Assembly: GCA_043228905.1 (NCBI GenBank)
Contig: JBHGNT010000008.1
Location: 10,416,001 to 10,480,000, forward strand
DNA from: Azolla caroliniana
Lineage: Eukaryota > Plantae > Polypodiophyta
Direction: 5' to 3'
DNA: 64,000 nucleotides
Under the pieces are notes generated by a model. It did no database searches and was not told the DNA's origin. It saw only the letters and a list, made by a program, of their open reading frames with translations. Both the position numbers and the translations under genes were made by a program. Of this stretch, positions 36,917 through 48,649 are shown piece after piece. The first letter of the stretch is position 1; every line of letters begins with the position of its first letter.

Positions 36917-39724
36917 TATATCCGATTTTAGATACATATAAATAAATAAATAATATATCAAAACATTTATCACGTGCATAGGGCAAGATTCGAACCCTGC
37001 ACCGCCACGTAGATAAACCCCAACTTTACCATTGTAATAACTTATCTTTAGTGTTATATATATAGATTTAATACATATAAGACCTTTATTTACACATACC
37101 TTTATTAAAAGGTAAAAATCATGTATTCTTTAGGGTGTGAATATTTTATTTACACGTGACATTAAAAGTGACTCATGCACATCTAGCGTGCATGAGCCGT
37201 ATACTTAGGAAATGACAAAGCATCACATGCACATTTAGTGTGCATGCACACTTTAGGTGAAAAAGCATGAAGCCATGCTTAGCCTCTTCCATCTTTATAT
37301 AAGGAGGAGAGAAATATGTATAAGGTTGTTGATTAATATACAAGGATGGATCAATCTAATATATTCATGGGATTCACGAATTTTGCCATCTAAATTACTC
37401 TTATAATTTAAATATTGTTTTAAATACACTAAACTCGTGGGATTCACGAGATTGCTATCTTACTTCTCTTTCCACTATTCATAACTAGCCTTAAGTTGTA
37501 TTCCTCTTCCTCCTAGTCAAAAGCCTCGGTGGTTCCCACCCGACTCACGCAACGATCCGGAGCCGAAAGGCACGACAACGTAAAGTACGCACAGGACAGG
37601 GTATTGCTCCATTTGTGCAAATCTTAAAAGTTTGGCTAAAGGTGCAAAGACATCAATGGAAAAGGATATGAGTAAGAAGCTACTATAGGAGCATCGTGAG
37701 GCACAATCGTTAGAACGAAAGAAGGCGATGCATCATAGAGAGAAGTGTTTGAAGAGGCTCGAACAATACATGTGCTTAATTATAGATGGCATGGACCAGA
37801 AGAAGACATGCTTGCCACATATGCAGAGGCTCCCCAAAGACGTCAATGATGAGTGCCTTGTTCAAATGCACTTGGTGGGATGCTTGGCTTATAATAGGTC
37901 AATTGGACCTCACGTCTTCATTACATACCCCAATGTTCACAATGACCCTAACCTAACAGTTACAGTGATTCACCGAGTTTTGATGTCTTGGGGCCAACCG
38001 TTCCCCCCTGTTCTATGCATTCAATTGGACAATACTGCTAGAGAGAACAAAAATTCAACTGTGTTTGGCTATCTAAGTATGTTGGTCAACCAAGGATTGT
38101 TTAGAAAAGTGAAACTCAATTTTCTTTTGGTTGGCCACACACATGATCATATAGATCAAATGTTTAGCACATTCTCGAGATAGTTGTCTCGGCATGATGC
38201 TTTCACATTACCTAAAATATTTGATGTCATTTGTGATGCATATACACCACGCCCAAAAGTGTTACACTTGAAGGAGGTATATGACATTAAGAGATATATA
38301 TCAGATGGGGGTGTTGGGAATGTTAAAGTGCTCGCCAAGTTAAACAATATAAGCTTCAATCACATTTTTATGATAAAGAAAAATGAAATAAGTGGTTCTA
38401 CGCTTTTGTATGGTGAACAATATTCATCTTCTACAACATGGGAACCTAAAGGTGGTTGCCAGTTATTACTTTGTATGCCGAGTACAATTGTCCATGGAGC
38501 TAAACAAATGCCAATTGAGAAGAAAGGACAGTTGCATAGTGACTTGGTATCGGAACAAAAACGGTTATGGCTCCAAGCCTTAGAAGGAAAAAGAAAGCAT
38601 ATTGAGGCCGCCAAGAAATATGCTACACAACAAGACACGTCATGGTGGGATGTATTTTTTAGTGATCAGAAAGGAATTATAGATAATTGTGTATTTGGTG
38701 ATAATTGGAATTTGGAAACGCCATTCACATGGTCGCGACAACATGATCGTGTAAATAAAACTCCGGAGCAACCAACAAATGTGATTAATGACATTTTGGT
38801 CCATCCACAACAAAGAGACATTTATGTGGGACCAAGGATGACCAAAGCAGTCAAAGCTAGATGGCAAGGCAATTTGCAAGAGCTCGCGACAGGGATGTTG
38901 ATTGCAACGCCGGCTAATGAGAACTCACATGGCCACCAATTTTGGGTTGGTAAAATTCTAGAAATGCTAATGCATGAAATAGAAAACACGATCAAGTCTA
39001 TAAACGTTCATTGGTTCAACACTAGAAGTGCAAATGCTTTTATAGGTAAGTATACATTGGAGATGATTGAATACCCAACAATAAGGGGAGGTAGGAAGAG
39101 GAAGCAAAACATTCGTAACACCTCGACCCTTGATATCTCTGATGTGGATATCATCGTGTACGACTTCACGCTTACAAAAGCCAGACGATTAAGGAAGTCA
39201 ACAATAGATATAAGAAAAGAAAAATTACCAGGTCTACAAGGTGGCTCAAGTCGAAGGCAAACGAGATATGCTACATATAATCTAGAGTCAAACCATTTGG
39301 TTTATGACAAAGATAATGCACTGATTGGTACATCCGAGGGTGATGAGGAGGAATTGTCATTGTATATTAGTTATAGTAGTGATTCTCCGTAAAGGAGTGA
39401 TCATGAATGTATTTTTGGCTATTAAGTGTAACTACATTCCGCTTGTAACAAATCGATTAATATAAAAGCATGTGTTTTGAATTCTTATGATTTCTAAAAA
39501 ATCGTTTCTTATCAAATAACATTGGTTGTAAAGTTTGTGATATAAATTTAGAATGTAACTTTTTGAAATTCCTCTTTTTTTATTTATTTTTGAATCATGA
39601 AAATAGTGGATTTTTAACCTTCTTCATAGTATATTTGAAAATGTATGATACTGGTATCAATGTGTTTTGTAAAATCATTGAAAAAGTACTAAAATCAACC
39701 AAAATATTCCTTATCCTTCCATTT

Positions 39725-39758
39725 ATGCGCGATCCTTCCACTTGTGAACGCGAACATG
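39725..39758 (-). repeat. Right terminal inverted repeat of the DNA transposon, followed by TTAA
   Basis: ATGCGCGATCCTTCCACTTGTGAACGCGAACATG is the reverse complement of 56628-56661 with 2 mismatches. Confidence 0.85.
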
Positions 39759-39762
39759 TTAA

Positions 39763-42650
39763 AGTCGAATGCATCTGCCTCAATGGTAAATGACTTTTCT
39801 GGATCAACATGAACTAAGATAGGAGTTTATGTGAATGCCTCTTTCAACTGAGTAAAGGCTTTGTCCGCTTTAAGAGTCCAAACAAATGCTTGATTTTTCT
39901 TGGTGAGTTGAGTGAGCGACAATACAATCTACGAATAATTCCATATGACTTTGTGGTAGAAGTTGACAAATCCAAGGAAACACTAGACATCACAGACAGA
40001 ACTTGGAGTATGTCATTCCAATATTGTTTGAATTTTCGTTGGATCCATGAAGATACCTTTGGATGAAATGGTATAACCCAAGAACTCAACTTCTTTGCAA
40101 TCAAAACTGCACTTCTCCAGTTTGGCATAAAGACCATACTCTTAACTGTTGGAGTACCTTCTGCACATGTATATCATGCTCCGCCTGTGTTCTAGAGTAA
40201 ATCAATAGATCATCTAAATAGATGATGAGAAAGATATCTAGAAAATCTCAAAAAATTTCATTTGCCATATGTTGAAACACGGAGGGAGCATTTGTGAGCC
40301 CAAAAGGCATTATTATATACTCAAAATGGCCATATCGACTACGAAATGCAGTCTTCCACTCATCTCCCGGTCGAATACAGACAAGTTTATATGCACCCCT
40401 TAGATCAAATTTGCTAAAATGCTTTGCCCCACCAACGCGCTCTAAAAGACTGGAAATTAAAGGTAGAGCATACCTATTTCTTATTGTGACTTTATTTAAT
40501 CCACGACCAAACGAGTGAGCCGTCCTTTTTCTTCATGAAAAATATAGGAGCACCAACTAGAGACTTTTGAATGTCGAATAAACCCACTTGCAAGATTCTC
40601 TTCGATGTATGCTTGAAGAACCTCAAGCTTCGTTGGTGACAGATTGTAGATCGGACCCCATGGTGGCTCTTTTCCTAGTTGTAGATCAATGGGACAATCG
40701 TATGGCCGATGCTTTGGAAGTACACTAGCTTTAACTTTGTCGAAGACATCAGCATATTCTTGGTACTTTTTAGGAATGTAGACCTTTGACTTCCCTTGAG
40801 TGTCACTAGAAGGTGCAACTAATATGGCAAATAAGAATAAATCGTCTTTTGCTCCTTCTTGGCATAATTGTTGTAGGGTGATGGTTGAAATATGATGAAG
40901 AGGAACAATGTGTTTGGGAGAAGGTGAATTGGTAAAACTATGGTTTTCAAGAGGAGGATCTTGGGCTCGATCCTTGACTATGTTTCCTTTTGAAGGGCAC
41001 CTAATTTCTCGTCGTCTCCAATCAATTCTTGGGTTGTGTAGCTCGAACCCTGGCAAACCAAGGACTATTGGATGATCGGGGCTACAGATTATGTTAAAGG
41101 AAACTACACATCCTAGATCACCTAAGAGTATGTGTATCAGCTTAGACTCCTCGAATATCTTTCCAGAAGCTATGGGATGTCCATCAATCACTACTACATA
41201 AACTGGGCAAGGAAGTTTATGCAAGGGTATTTGATGTTTTCAAGCAAAATCTCTATCCATGAAACAAGAATTGGCTCCGGTATCTAAGAGAGTTGGGACA
41301 TGAAGTTGACAACTTGGTGTCCTAACTTGTACTTGGGCAAAGAAAACTCTACTAACATGCTTGGAAGAGATGGAACCCACACTAGGTTGTACAGATCTAG
41401 GACTGTCCAACCAAACGGCTCCGATTTTGGCCGGACTTATTCATTTGTCTCCTCTTCTAATTGGCTTAGGACCTCAAACTTATTGGATAGAGTTGGATTA
41501 CTAGAATCACTAGTTGGCACCGATTCAACGATGCTAAACTCATTTCTATTATCATAGTTAATGTGATGTACCTGACGTCTTGGTCTATGTGGGCAGTGAA
41601 TGGCAATATGTCTTGCACCTCCACAATATAAGCATAGTCGATTGGCTCGACTAGGTTGTTTCTCTTCATCTGATAACGGTCCTCGTCGTTGTGTCATATC
41701 AATCTCCATCGGTGTCAGGCTATCCATTGGTGTTGGGCTATGTGCTTGTCGTGGAGTTGGGATGGGGCTATATTGTTGCCTTAGAGATTGTGTCATCATT
41801 AATGCATAAGTTGGCGTAAATCTTGATCTTGTTTGTTGTTGTTGTTGCTTGGACCGACGCTCAAAAAGCCGATTATCACACTGTACTGCTCGGCTAATAG
41901 CTTCTATAAGGGATTTTGGATCCTCAAGGAAGGTAAGAAGTAAATCTTTTACATTTCCATGGAGGCCCAAACAAAACTACTCCATTAGGGCTTGTTCGTC
42001 CCAAGGAATATCACTTGTAATGAGACAAAAATTGGTTGCATACATTGATGCTAGTTGATCTCCTTGCCGTAGTGTGCGAATCCTGTTGATTGTCGCTCTT
42101 ACACTATCTGTGTCTCCGAAGCAAGCCTTAAACTATTTGATAAATTCTTCAAAGTTGTTAAGTAGGGGAGAATTTGCTTCTAGCAATGGAGCAAACCACG
42201 ACAATGTCGTGCTAGTCAATAAAGTGCCCACTAACCCAACACGAGATGAATCCGTCGGATAACGTGTGGGATGCATCTAGATCACCAACCGCACTTGATT
42301 TATAAAACCCCAAAAATGTGCTCTCGAATGATCGAATTTAGCTGGGAGGCTGATTTTGTGCTCCTTAAGAACTCCTTGACCATCAACTTTTAGTTGTTGT
42401 AAAGCTACAATTGCTTACTCTAACTGTTGAACCCTTCGTGTAAACTCGTCATGTATTTGTTGCTTCTCTACATAAACCTTATGTAGATCTTCAAGCAGTC
42501 ATTGATTCTCTAGCTCTAGTGATGCAAACTTGCTTTTGAGATTCTCCAATTCTGCAGTAAGGGCGAGGTATTCTTGTGGGTTGCTAACAGCCATGGGTAT
42601 TGACTAGTGTTTATGGAAGAGGTAAAGGAGAAGAAGTTTGAATCAAATTG
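39763..42650 (-). mobile_element. Degenerate Tcn1-like chromoviral Ty3/gypsy remnant (gag, protease, RT) interrupted by the DNA transposon
   Basis: PMEID..RRGPLSDEEK..LCLYCGGARHIAIHCP gag; LLDTGANSCFMD protease; [18 protein letters not shown] and [12 protein letters not shown]. Confidence 0.8.
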
Positions 42651-43060
42651 TCAGACCAAAGCAAGAGAATGAACGATTGAAGGAAGGTATAAGAGAATAG
42701 AAGAAGAGAGGAGAATTGATTGATAAGAGAAGAGTGGATTTATTAGAATAGAATGAGTACAAGGATGAGTAGGATACAATAATCACTATGAAAAGTAGCC
42801 TTTATCATTTCACGTCTTAATAGGTTACCTTAATGGTTAGGCTTCGAATTTCGTAATACGAAGTTGTGGGTTCAAGTCCAGGTGAAGCATAATGTTCATG
42901 GATTCATGACACCAATTGATTATGGTCTCTATGGTATCTTATTATCTTCCTTTGCTACCATGGGCGAAGACTCTTGAAATGGAAGAGAAACAGGAAAACT
43001 GTCATGTTGTGGTTAACATGGGGTTATGCTTGTACTCCGAAGCGGACATCAATATTGAAT

Positions 43061-45313
43061 TTATATGAGTATATGGTGACTCGTTGTTATTCTCTTGAAC
43101 TTTGAGTAACCATAGTCCACCACCGTCGGTCCCTCCTCCGGATTCGAGAAGAGGACTGGTGCCGGTGGGGCTATACCGTCTGTCATGACCGTTTTTAGTC
43201 CTTCCGTAAATCGCGGCACGAGCTGCAAGAGTCTTCCTAATGGCAACGTGATCTGACATTCTTGCAGTACTTGCCATGTCTCGTTTTCTGCGTGGCTACC
43301 GCCGGCACTCCCTATGGTATTCGCCTTTTGCCGTTCCGCGTCCGCGACGTTCCTTTCATTGGCTTCCTTCACCCATTCCGTCACCTGTTTTCGTATGGCC
43401 TCTTGTGTTTCCCACTCTTTGGCCATGCCTTTCGACCGTGTGGTTACTTGTTGTACATCCGCCACTTCCGGAACCACCATATTAACTGTTGGTCGTTTAT
43501 CGTAGCTCTTTGCCGGGCACTGGTTACTGTAGTGGCCTTCCTGCCTGCAGTAGTAGCAGTACTCTTTACGGGTATTGCTGGATTCAGCATTGTTGGTAGC
43601 CGGAGTCGGTCCCGTAGTGAGTGGTGCGTTCTGTGCCGGTTGGCTCCTTGGGGTTCCATGTTCCGGGTCCCTAGTGTGACCACCTTTCTTGAAATTACGT
43701 TTCTTATTATTCTTATTTTTATTTCGGTAGTCCTGTCGTGGTGGATCGTAAAATCGGCCGTAGTCCTCCTGGTGCCTTCGGTAACCAGGGGAATGGTCTC
43801 TGTCGTATTGCTCGTGTCGTCTGTTGGACTCCCGATAACGGTCCGATCGCTCATACCGGTCGTAGTTATCATGTCGATCCCCGTACCGGCCATCATTCTC
43901 TTGTCTGTCTCCGTACCGGACATCCTGTGCCGGTCGGTACCGGTTCATTCTTTGCCAACGATCTTCATCTTCGTCTCGGCTGCTTCTTGGCTCGATCCGT
44001 CGAACGGGTGGTGCTTGTCGGTTTAGCAGGTTATACTCGCACTGGTCCGTTGTATGACTCTTGGATTGACAAATCACACACTGGGTTCGCATGGTGCACT
44101 CCACTGCCGAGTGTCCGGCATTCAAGCAGATTGTGCATTGAATTGCCTGCCGGAACCGGAGATCTTCATCTGTGGGTAACGCCCGTTGCAGTGCTCCCAG
44201 TGTAAGCCATGAGCTTGACTTTTCCATTTCTCTGACCCGGTCAATGACCTGGTCAATGGTGCTTCCTCGAAAGTCGATCACCGTACACACCGTGCGTAAC
44301 GGTTCCCGGAGTGCGTTTAAAAATATCGTTCGTAATTCCTCCTCCGGGGGTGCACGAGCAAGCTGGCTATGTATTCGTTGGAAACGGATGACGAATTGGG
44401 GAATGCTTTCCCCTGCCTCCTGTCGGATCGTATAAAACAGGCCCACCATCGTCGTCTGGTCGACCTCCTTGTGGAAAAAATGCAAGAATTTTGCTTTTAA
44501 TTCTGCAAAGGTTGTGATGGTTGTCGGGTCCTGCGTCCGCCGCCATCGTGCCGCTGGTCCTTCCAACGTGACCCCGAATTCCGCTATCTTCGAGCGTTCT
44601 TCTTCCTCCGGTGTCAATTGCTGGGACGCGTGATTTGCTTCCCATGTCTGCTCGAAGGCATGAACATGCGCTTCCGCGTCCGGATCATCGCGATACTTTG
44701 AGTATTGGAACGACATGTCGTCGTCCAGTATTAGGCCGCGGTTTAGTGGCGTTTGTTGATATCTTTCCGGTTTTCTCTCCGGTTCCACGTCCGGTTCTTT
44801 TGCCGGTGCTTTTTCCGGTTCCTTCACCGGCTCTTTCGTTGGTGTCGGTGGCTTTGCTTCTTCCACTTCTGGTGTTGGTGGGTTGACGGCTTCCGTTTGC
44901 GGTTCCGGATAGCCCTGGTCAAACGGTTCTGGTTCTGGAGTCAGCACGGTATCCGACCCGTCGTCCTCCAGGCCGCCGGGGGTATCGTTGCTGCTCCGGT
45001 AGTTCGTGTGCACGCTGTATCCCCCTTCGGAATCCGATTCGTAGGCTGAAAAGGCTTCTGCCTCGTTTTCTCCGCTTGCCAGCGCCTCGAGGAGGCGTTC
45101 GGTTTCCCGGAGACTACTTAGACCGCTTCCGTCGTCCTGGTCGCGAGTTTGCTGTAACCGAAGAGATTCCTCCGCGACTCTCCGGATCTCGTTGGAGAAC
45201 GAACGATCCGAGCGAATTTCGTGCGCTGCTTGCTGGAAAGTCTCACACCGTCTTTGCCGTTCGGCGAGGCGTCGAGCTCGGTCTGTAACCAGGTCGTGCG
45301 TTGGTCTAGTCAT
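43061..45313 (-). CDS. Ty3/gypsy Gag (truncated before protease)
   Basis: LEGPAARW, IRQEAGESIPQFVIRF retrotransposon gag; CTICLNAGHSAVEC, CVICQSKSHTTDQC and CYYCRQEGHYSNQC knuckles; VTTRS. Confidence 0.8.
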   Translation of the reverse strand: MTRPTHDLVTDRARRLAERQRRCETFQQAAHEIRSDRSFSNEIRRVAEESLRLQQTRDQDDGSGLSSLRETERLLEALASGENEAEAFSAYESDSEGGYSVHTNYRSSNDTPGGLEDDGSDTVLTPEPEPFDQGYPEPQTEAVNPPTPEVEEAKPPTPTKEPVKEPEKAPAKEPDVEPERKPERYQQTPLNRGLILDDDMSFQYSKYRDDPDAEAHVHAFEQTWEANHASQQLTPEEEERSKIAEFGVTLEGPAARWRRTQDPTTITTFAELKAKFLHFFHKEVDQTTMVGLFYTIRQEAGESIPQFVIRFQRIHSQLARAPPEEELRTIFLNALREPLRTVCTVIDFRGSTIDQVIDRVREMEKSSSWLTLGALQRALPTDEDLRFRQAIQCTICLNAGHSAVECTMRTQCVICQSKSHTTDQCEYNLLNRQAPPVRRIEPRSSRDEDEDRWQRMNRYRPAQDVRYGDRQENDGRYGDRHDNYDRYERSDRYRESNRRHEQYDRDHSPGYRRHQEDYGRFYDPPRQDYRNKNKNNKKRNFKKGGHTRDPEHGTPRSQPAQNAPLTTGPTPATNNAESSNTRKEYCYYCRQEGHYSNQCPAKSYDKRPTVNMVVPEVADVQQVTTRSKGMAKEWETQEAIRKQVTEWVKEANERNVADAERQKANTIGSAGGSHAENETWQVLQECQITLPLGRLLQLVPRFTEGLKTVMTDGIAPPAPVLFSNPEEGPTVVDYGYSKFKRITTSHHILI

Positions 45314-45349
45314 CCATTAAGCCGTCGTTCGCTGCCAGAAAGCAGGAAT

Positions 45350-45785
45350 CGTGGTCGCCAAAACTGTGTTATTCTCTGACCGGACAAGGCCTAACACAAG
45401 GTGTCACGGAGACACTTCACCAAAGGGTGATTACGGCATAGGATTATGACTCAACGATTACACCGACTTAAGTAGGTTACACGATTAGAGCGCTTTTGTT
45501 AATTACACGCGTAAGATATAACCGTAATTACAGAACGGAAATCAACACAGAAGTATAAACACCATACGCTCTATTAATTATCCGCTGCGATTACAATGGG
45601 GTCCAGGCCTTTAAATAGGTTTCCGGCCCGTAGTACAAAACGGTGCCTATCGCACCTATTCGGGATCCGTCCGGATCTGGAACGGCATACCGTTTCCAGT
45701 CCGTCCGTCCACACTATGCTTATTTACAACCATACTTAATTAATTCCTTCACTCCGTATTTTGGACTCCTTGCCGGCCGGTAACA
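45350..45785 (-). mobile_element. 5' LTR (45367-45785) and PBS (TGGCGACCACG) of the gypsy element whose gag is at 43061-45313
   Basis: TGTTACC...AATAACA on the minus strand, followed by TGGCGACC just upstream of the gag start. Confidence 0.75.
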
Positions 45786-45943
45786 CTCGTCAATTTACTT
45801 TCATTCAATTTATGTTTGAGGGTGTACAACCTTGGATAGAAATGGTGGCATACTTTATAGAGAAGACATGAATTAAGCTTGGAAAGGTGACAGTTGAAGC
45901 TAAGTGGTGGAACCTCATTAATTCTGAAAGGGATGTCAAATGC

Positions 45944-46469
45944 TGTTGAGAGACAAGCTCAACATGGGTTGAATCAGCTGAAGATGTCGAGAGCCGAATC
46001 AAAATCTGATAGGCCAAGTCGGAGTGATTCCGGTAGGCTGTTCGAGGTCTATATTCCTATTTTAGTAAATAGGAATATTATAGGCAGAATTAGTGTCAGG
46101 CTCATTTATGAGCATTCAAGTACTGATGGTACTTGTGTTTGCCCACTTGTTAGGGCTTGTATAAAAAGTTCTCATTGAGCACGGTGTATGTACAGAGTAT
46201 TGATTATTGTTGAATATGAGTTTTTGTTGTATTCTCTCTCTCTCACTCGCTCTCTCATTGAGTATCCACTCCCTGTGTTTACCTAATTGTTGAGTTTCTG
46301 AATAACCGACTGTGTACTTGATGTCTATCGCACACACTTCCGCACACAAATCCTTTATCATGGTATTAGAGCGCGATGGTTGAAAATCCTCTACGGCTGA
46401 CAAAAAAGCAAGCGAACAAGGTAGAGACAAGGTTTCTCATTTTCGGAAAAGAAAAGACAGGAACGTGGA
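45944..46469 (+). mobile_element. copia 5' LTR (45944-46360), PBS and leader, same family as 1226-1697
   Basis: TGTTGAG..CAAGCTCAAC start; TGGTATTAGAGC at 46361; clear homology to 1226-1697. Confidence 0.8.
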
Positions 46470-46806
46470 TGTTACCAGTTAGGGTTACACGGTGCATAAC
46501 CCTCAGTCCTTCGGGGTTCAGCTCAAGGTGATTATGGTTCAGGGATAAACACATATGTCGTGATCGTGGTATAGATGACTATGTACTGATCTCGTAAGTG
46601 TGAACCTAATTGTGGAGACTGTGGAGATTAGGAGGATGGCTACAACTGACTCTTTACGATACGTATGAGACTCGACACAGAAATGAACTTGACATGAACA
46701 AAGATAAGAATTACGAGAACACAGTAAGTCAGGCAAAACAAAGACTATATTGCAGAGATTGAATACAAAATTATTGCTAGCTATTACAAGTTTTCCATGC
46801 CCTTTC
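46470..46806 (-). mobile_element. LTR fragment related to 15263-15722
   Basis: Shared TGTTA..AGTTAGG...CCCTCAGTCCTTCGGGGT...CAAGGTGATT. Confidence 0.55.
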
Positions 46807-47265
46807 TGTTGAGAATCAAGCTCAACATAGTGCAACGTGTGAACACACCTTTTGAGAATCTATGGTTACTCAAAGGTCAAGAGTCACACCACTACTCTCT
46901 ACACATTAACTATGTGTCATAGAATCATATTCTATGACACATAACTAATGAGTTACATATTCCCCATGACTATGAGTCTTCTTCACATTCCCCAAAAGAG
47001 AGTAGTTGTTGTAGTTAATGAAGAGAGAGGGTGACTATATATAAAGCACCCTTCTCCTACTTCATATTAAGTTGGTCGTGACTCCATGTAATGCTACATT
47101 TTGGGTTTCACTATTCTCCTTGTGAATATACATCTTCTTCTTCTTGAGTATTCTATTTCCATTCTATCTATCCATCGTGTGTCTTCTCTTCTCTTCTCTA
47201 TTTCCTCTCACACATACACATAACACATATCTCTTCCGCTACACAAGAATCATACCCGATTCTTG
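46807..47265 (+). mobile_element. Diverged LTR of the 17196-26200 copia family
   Basis: TGTTGAGAATCAAGCTCAAC start; shared GTCATAGAATCATATTCTATGACAC and TCTCTTCCGCT. Confidence 0.8.
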
Positions 47266-47329
47266 CGTCCTTCCTCATGCAACTGATGTAGCGAAATGGT
47301 TGCAATCTTATAAGTAGATCCTCAGGTTT

Positions 47330-48560
47330 GTCGATACCAAATTTCTCTTGTTCTCCAATCTATGTCTGGGTTATGTAATTCGAACCATGGTAATCCCAAA
47401 ACAATGGGATGTTCTAGGATACTAATTATATTAAAGGATACTACACATGCTAAATTATCTAGGACAATATTAACGAGCTCTGACTCTTCTATGATATTTC
47501 TGGAAACAATGGGACGACCATCAATGACTATTATAGAGGCTGGACACGGGAGTTTTCTTAGGGATATCTGATGAGCTTGGGCAAAATTCCTATCCGGAAT
47601 CTAGGAGTGCTGAGACAGGTACTGGCGATGTACTTTTAGTACTAACTGTTACTTGGGCTAAGAACACATTACTAATTTGCTTAGAGGGAATGGAACCACT
47701 AATGGGTTGCACAGAGCTAGGGTTGTCCAACCAAACGACTTCTATTTTGGTTGGACTTAGTCGTTTAACTCTTCTTCTAACTGACTAAGGACATTAAATT
47801 TGTTCGATAGATTTGGGCTATTAGTACTATTAGGATTATCAGATATTCTTACTGAAATAGACTCGAGTTTAGTACAATTAGAACTAGCAACTATTTGGTT
47901 TACCTATCTTCTTGGCCTATGGGGACAGTTCACTGCAATATGCCCTAGTCCACCACAATAAAGACATAGTCGATTTGCTCGGCATCGCTACTTTTCTTCT
48001 TCCGATAATGGTCCGCGACGACGTGTAGTGTCAATTTCCATCGGAGTTGGAGTATTCATTGGAGACGCATTATATGAATCCCTTGGAAAAGGTTTTACTA
48101 CCACTGAGGCATAGGTGGGCTCTAATCTTGCCCTTGGCATCTAGAACTGACGTTCTGAATGTCGTTCGAAAAGACGATTGTCGCATCTCACCGCCCGACT
48201 GATTGCTTCTGTCAATGACCTTGGTTCTTCGGGGAAGGTTAAGAGTAAATCCTTGACATCGATACGTAGACCATAACGAAATTGCTCCATTAGTGCTTGG
48301 TCATCCCAGGGGATATTGGAGGCGAGTAGGCGGAAATCTGTAGCATATGTAGAGGTTGGACAATCACCTTGACGTAATCGTCGGATATTGTTGATTGATG
48401 TCCTTATGCTGTCAGTATCTCCAAAACATGCTTTAAACTCACTTAAAAACTCTTCAAAATTGTTTAGTAAAGGAGATTCCCTTTCTAACAATGGAGTGAA
48501 CCATGCCAAAGTTGAGCCACTTAACAATGTGCCTACTAAACCCACTCGTAACATAAGGTC
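47330..48560 (-). pseudogene. Second Tcn1-like gag/protease remnant
   Basis: RVGLVGTLLSGSTLAWFTPLLE...AISRAVRCDNRLFER, homologous to 41437-42260. Confidence 0.8.
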
Positions 48561-48649
48561 ATGGGTTCGAGTCTTGTTATATCATGACACTTGCTGTATG
48601 TCGCTGATTTAGTCATCCCCGGTACTGACCTCAGAGAAATCGGTCAAGT

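Larger units (their letters stand above)
30505..37577 (+). mobile_element. Full-length Ty3/gypsy element (Phygy/Selgy-like); LTRs 30505-31202 and 36874-37577; tRNA-Trp PBS; 4-bp TSD ACGT
   Basis: TGTCGT...CGACA LTR pair; ACGT at 30501-30504 and 37578-37581; PBS TGGTGAACCCGACGTGA at 31207; PPT GGAGGGGGCGAG. Lineage name is an inference. Confidence 0.95.
29565..39392 (+). pseudogene. Sola-like / DUF7869-type DDD transposase, copy 1 (split by the gypsy at 30505-37581; stops and frameshifts)
   Basis: IIDGMDQKK, QLDNTARENKN and FLLVGHTHDHIDQMFS motifs; upstream CCxxxC, CRVAF and CxxC; matches the ORF at 62816. Confidence 0.75.
26201..39758. mobile_element. DNA transposon copy 1 (ParB-methyltransferase gene + Sola-like transposase); left end lost, gypsy inserted in the transposase, right TIR present
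   Basis: Colinear with 59091-64000; right TIR 39725-39758 matches the left TIR of copy 2 at 32/34 positions. Confidence 0.85.

Noticed and set aside
29565-39392. Helitron/Replitron or CACTA assignment
   Set aside because: No HUH-Y2 Rep or helicase motifs and no CACTA termini were seen; the motifs and TIRs fit a DDD transposase.
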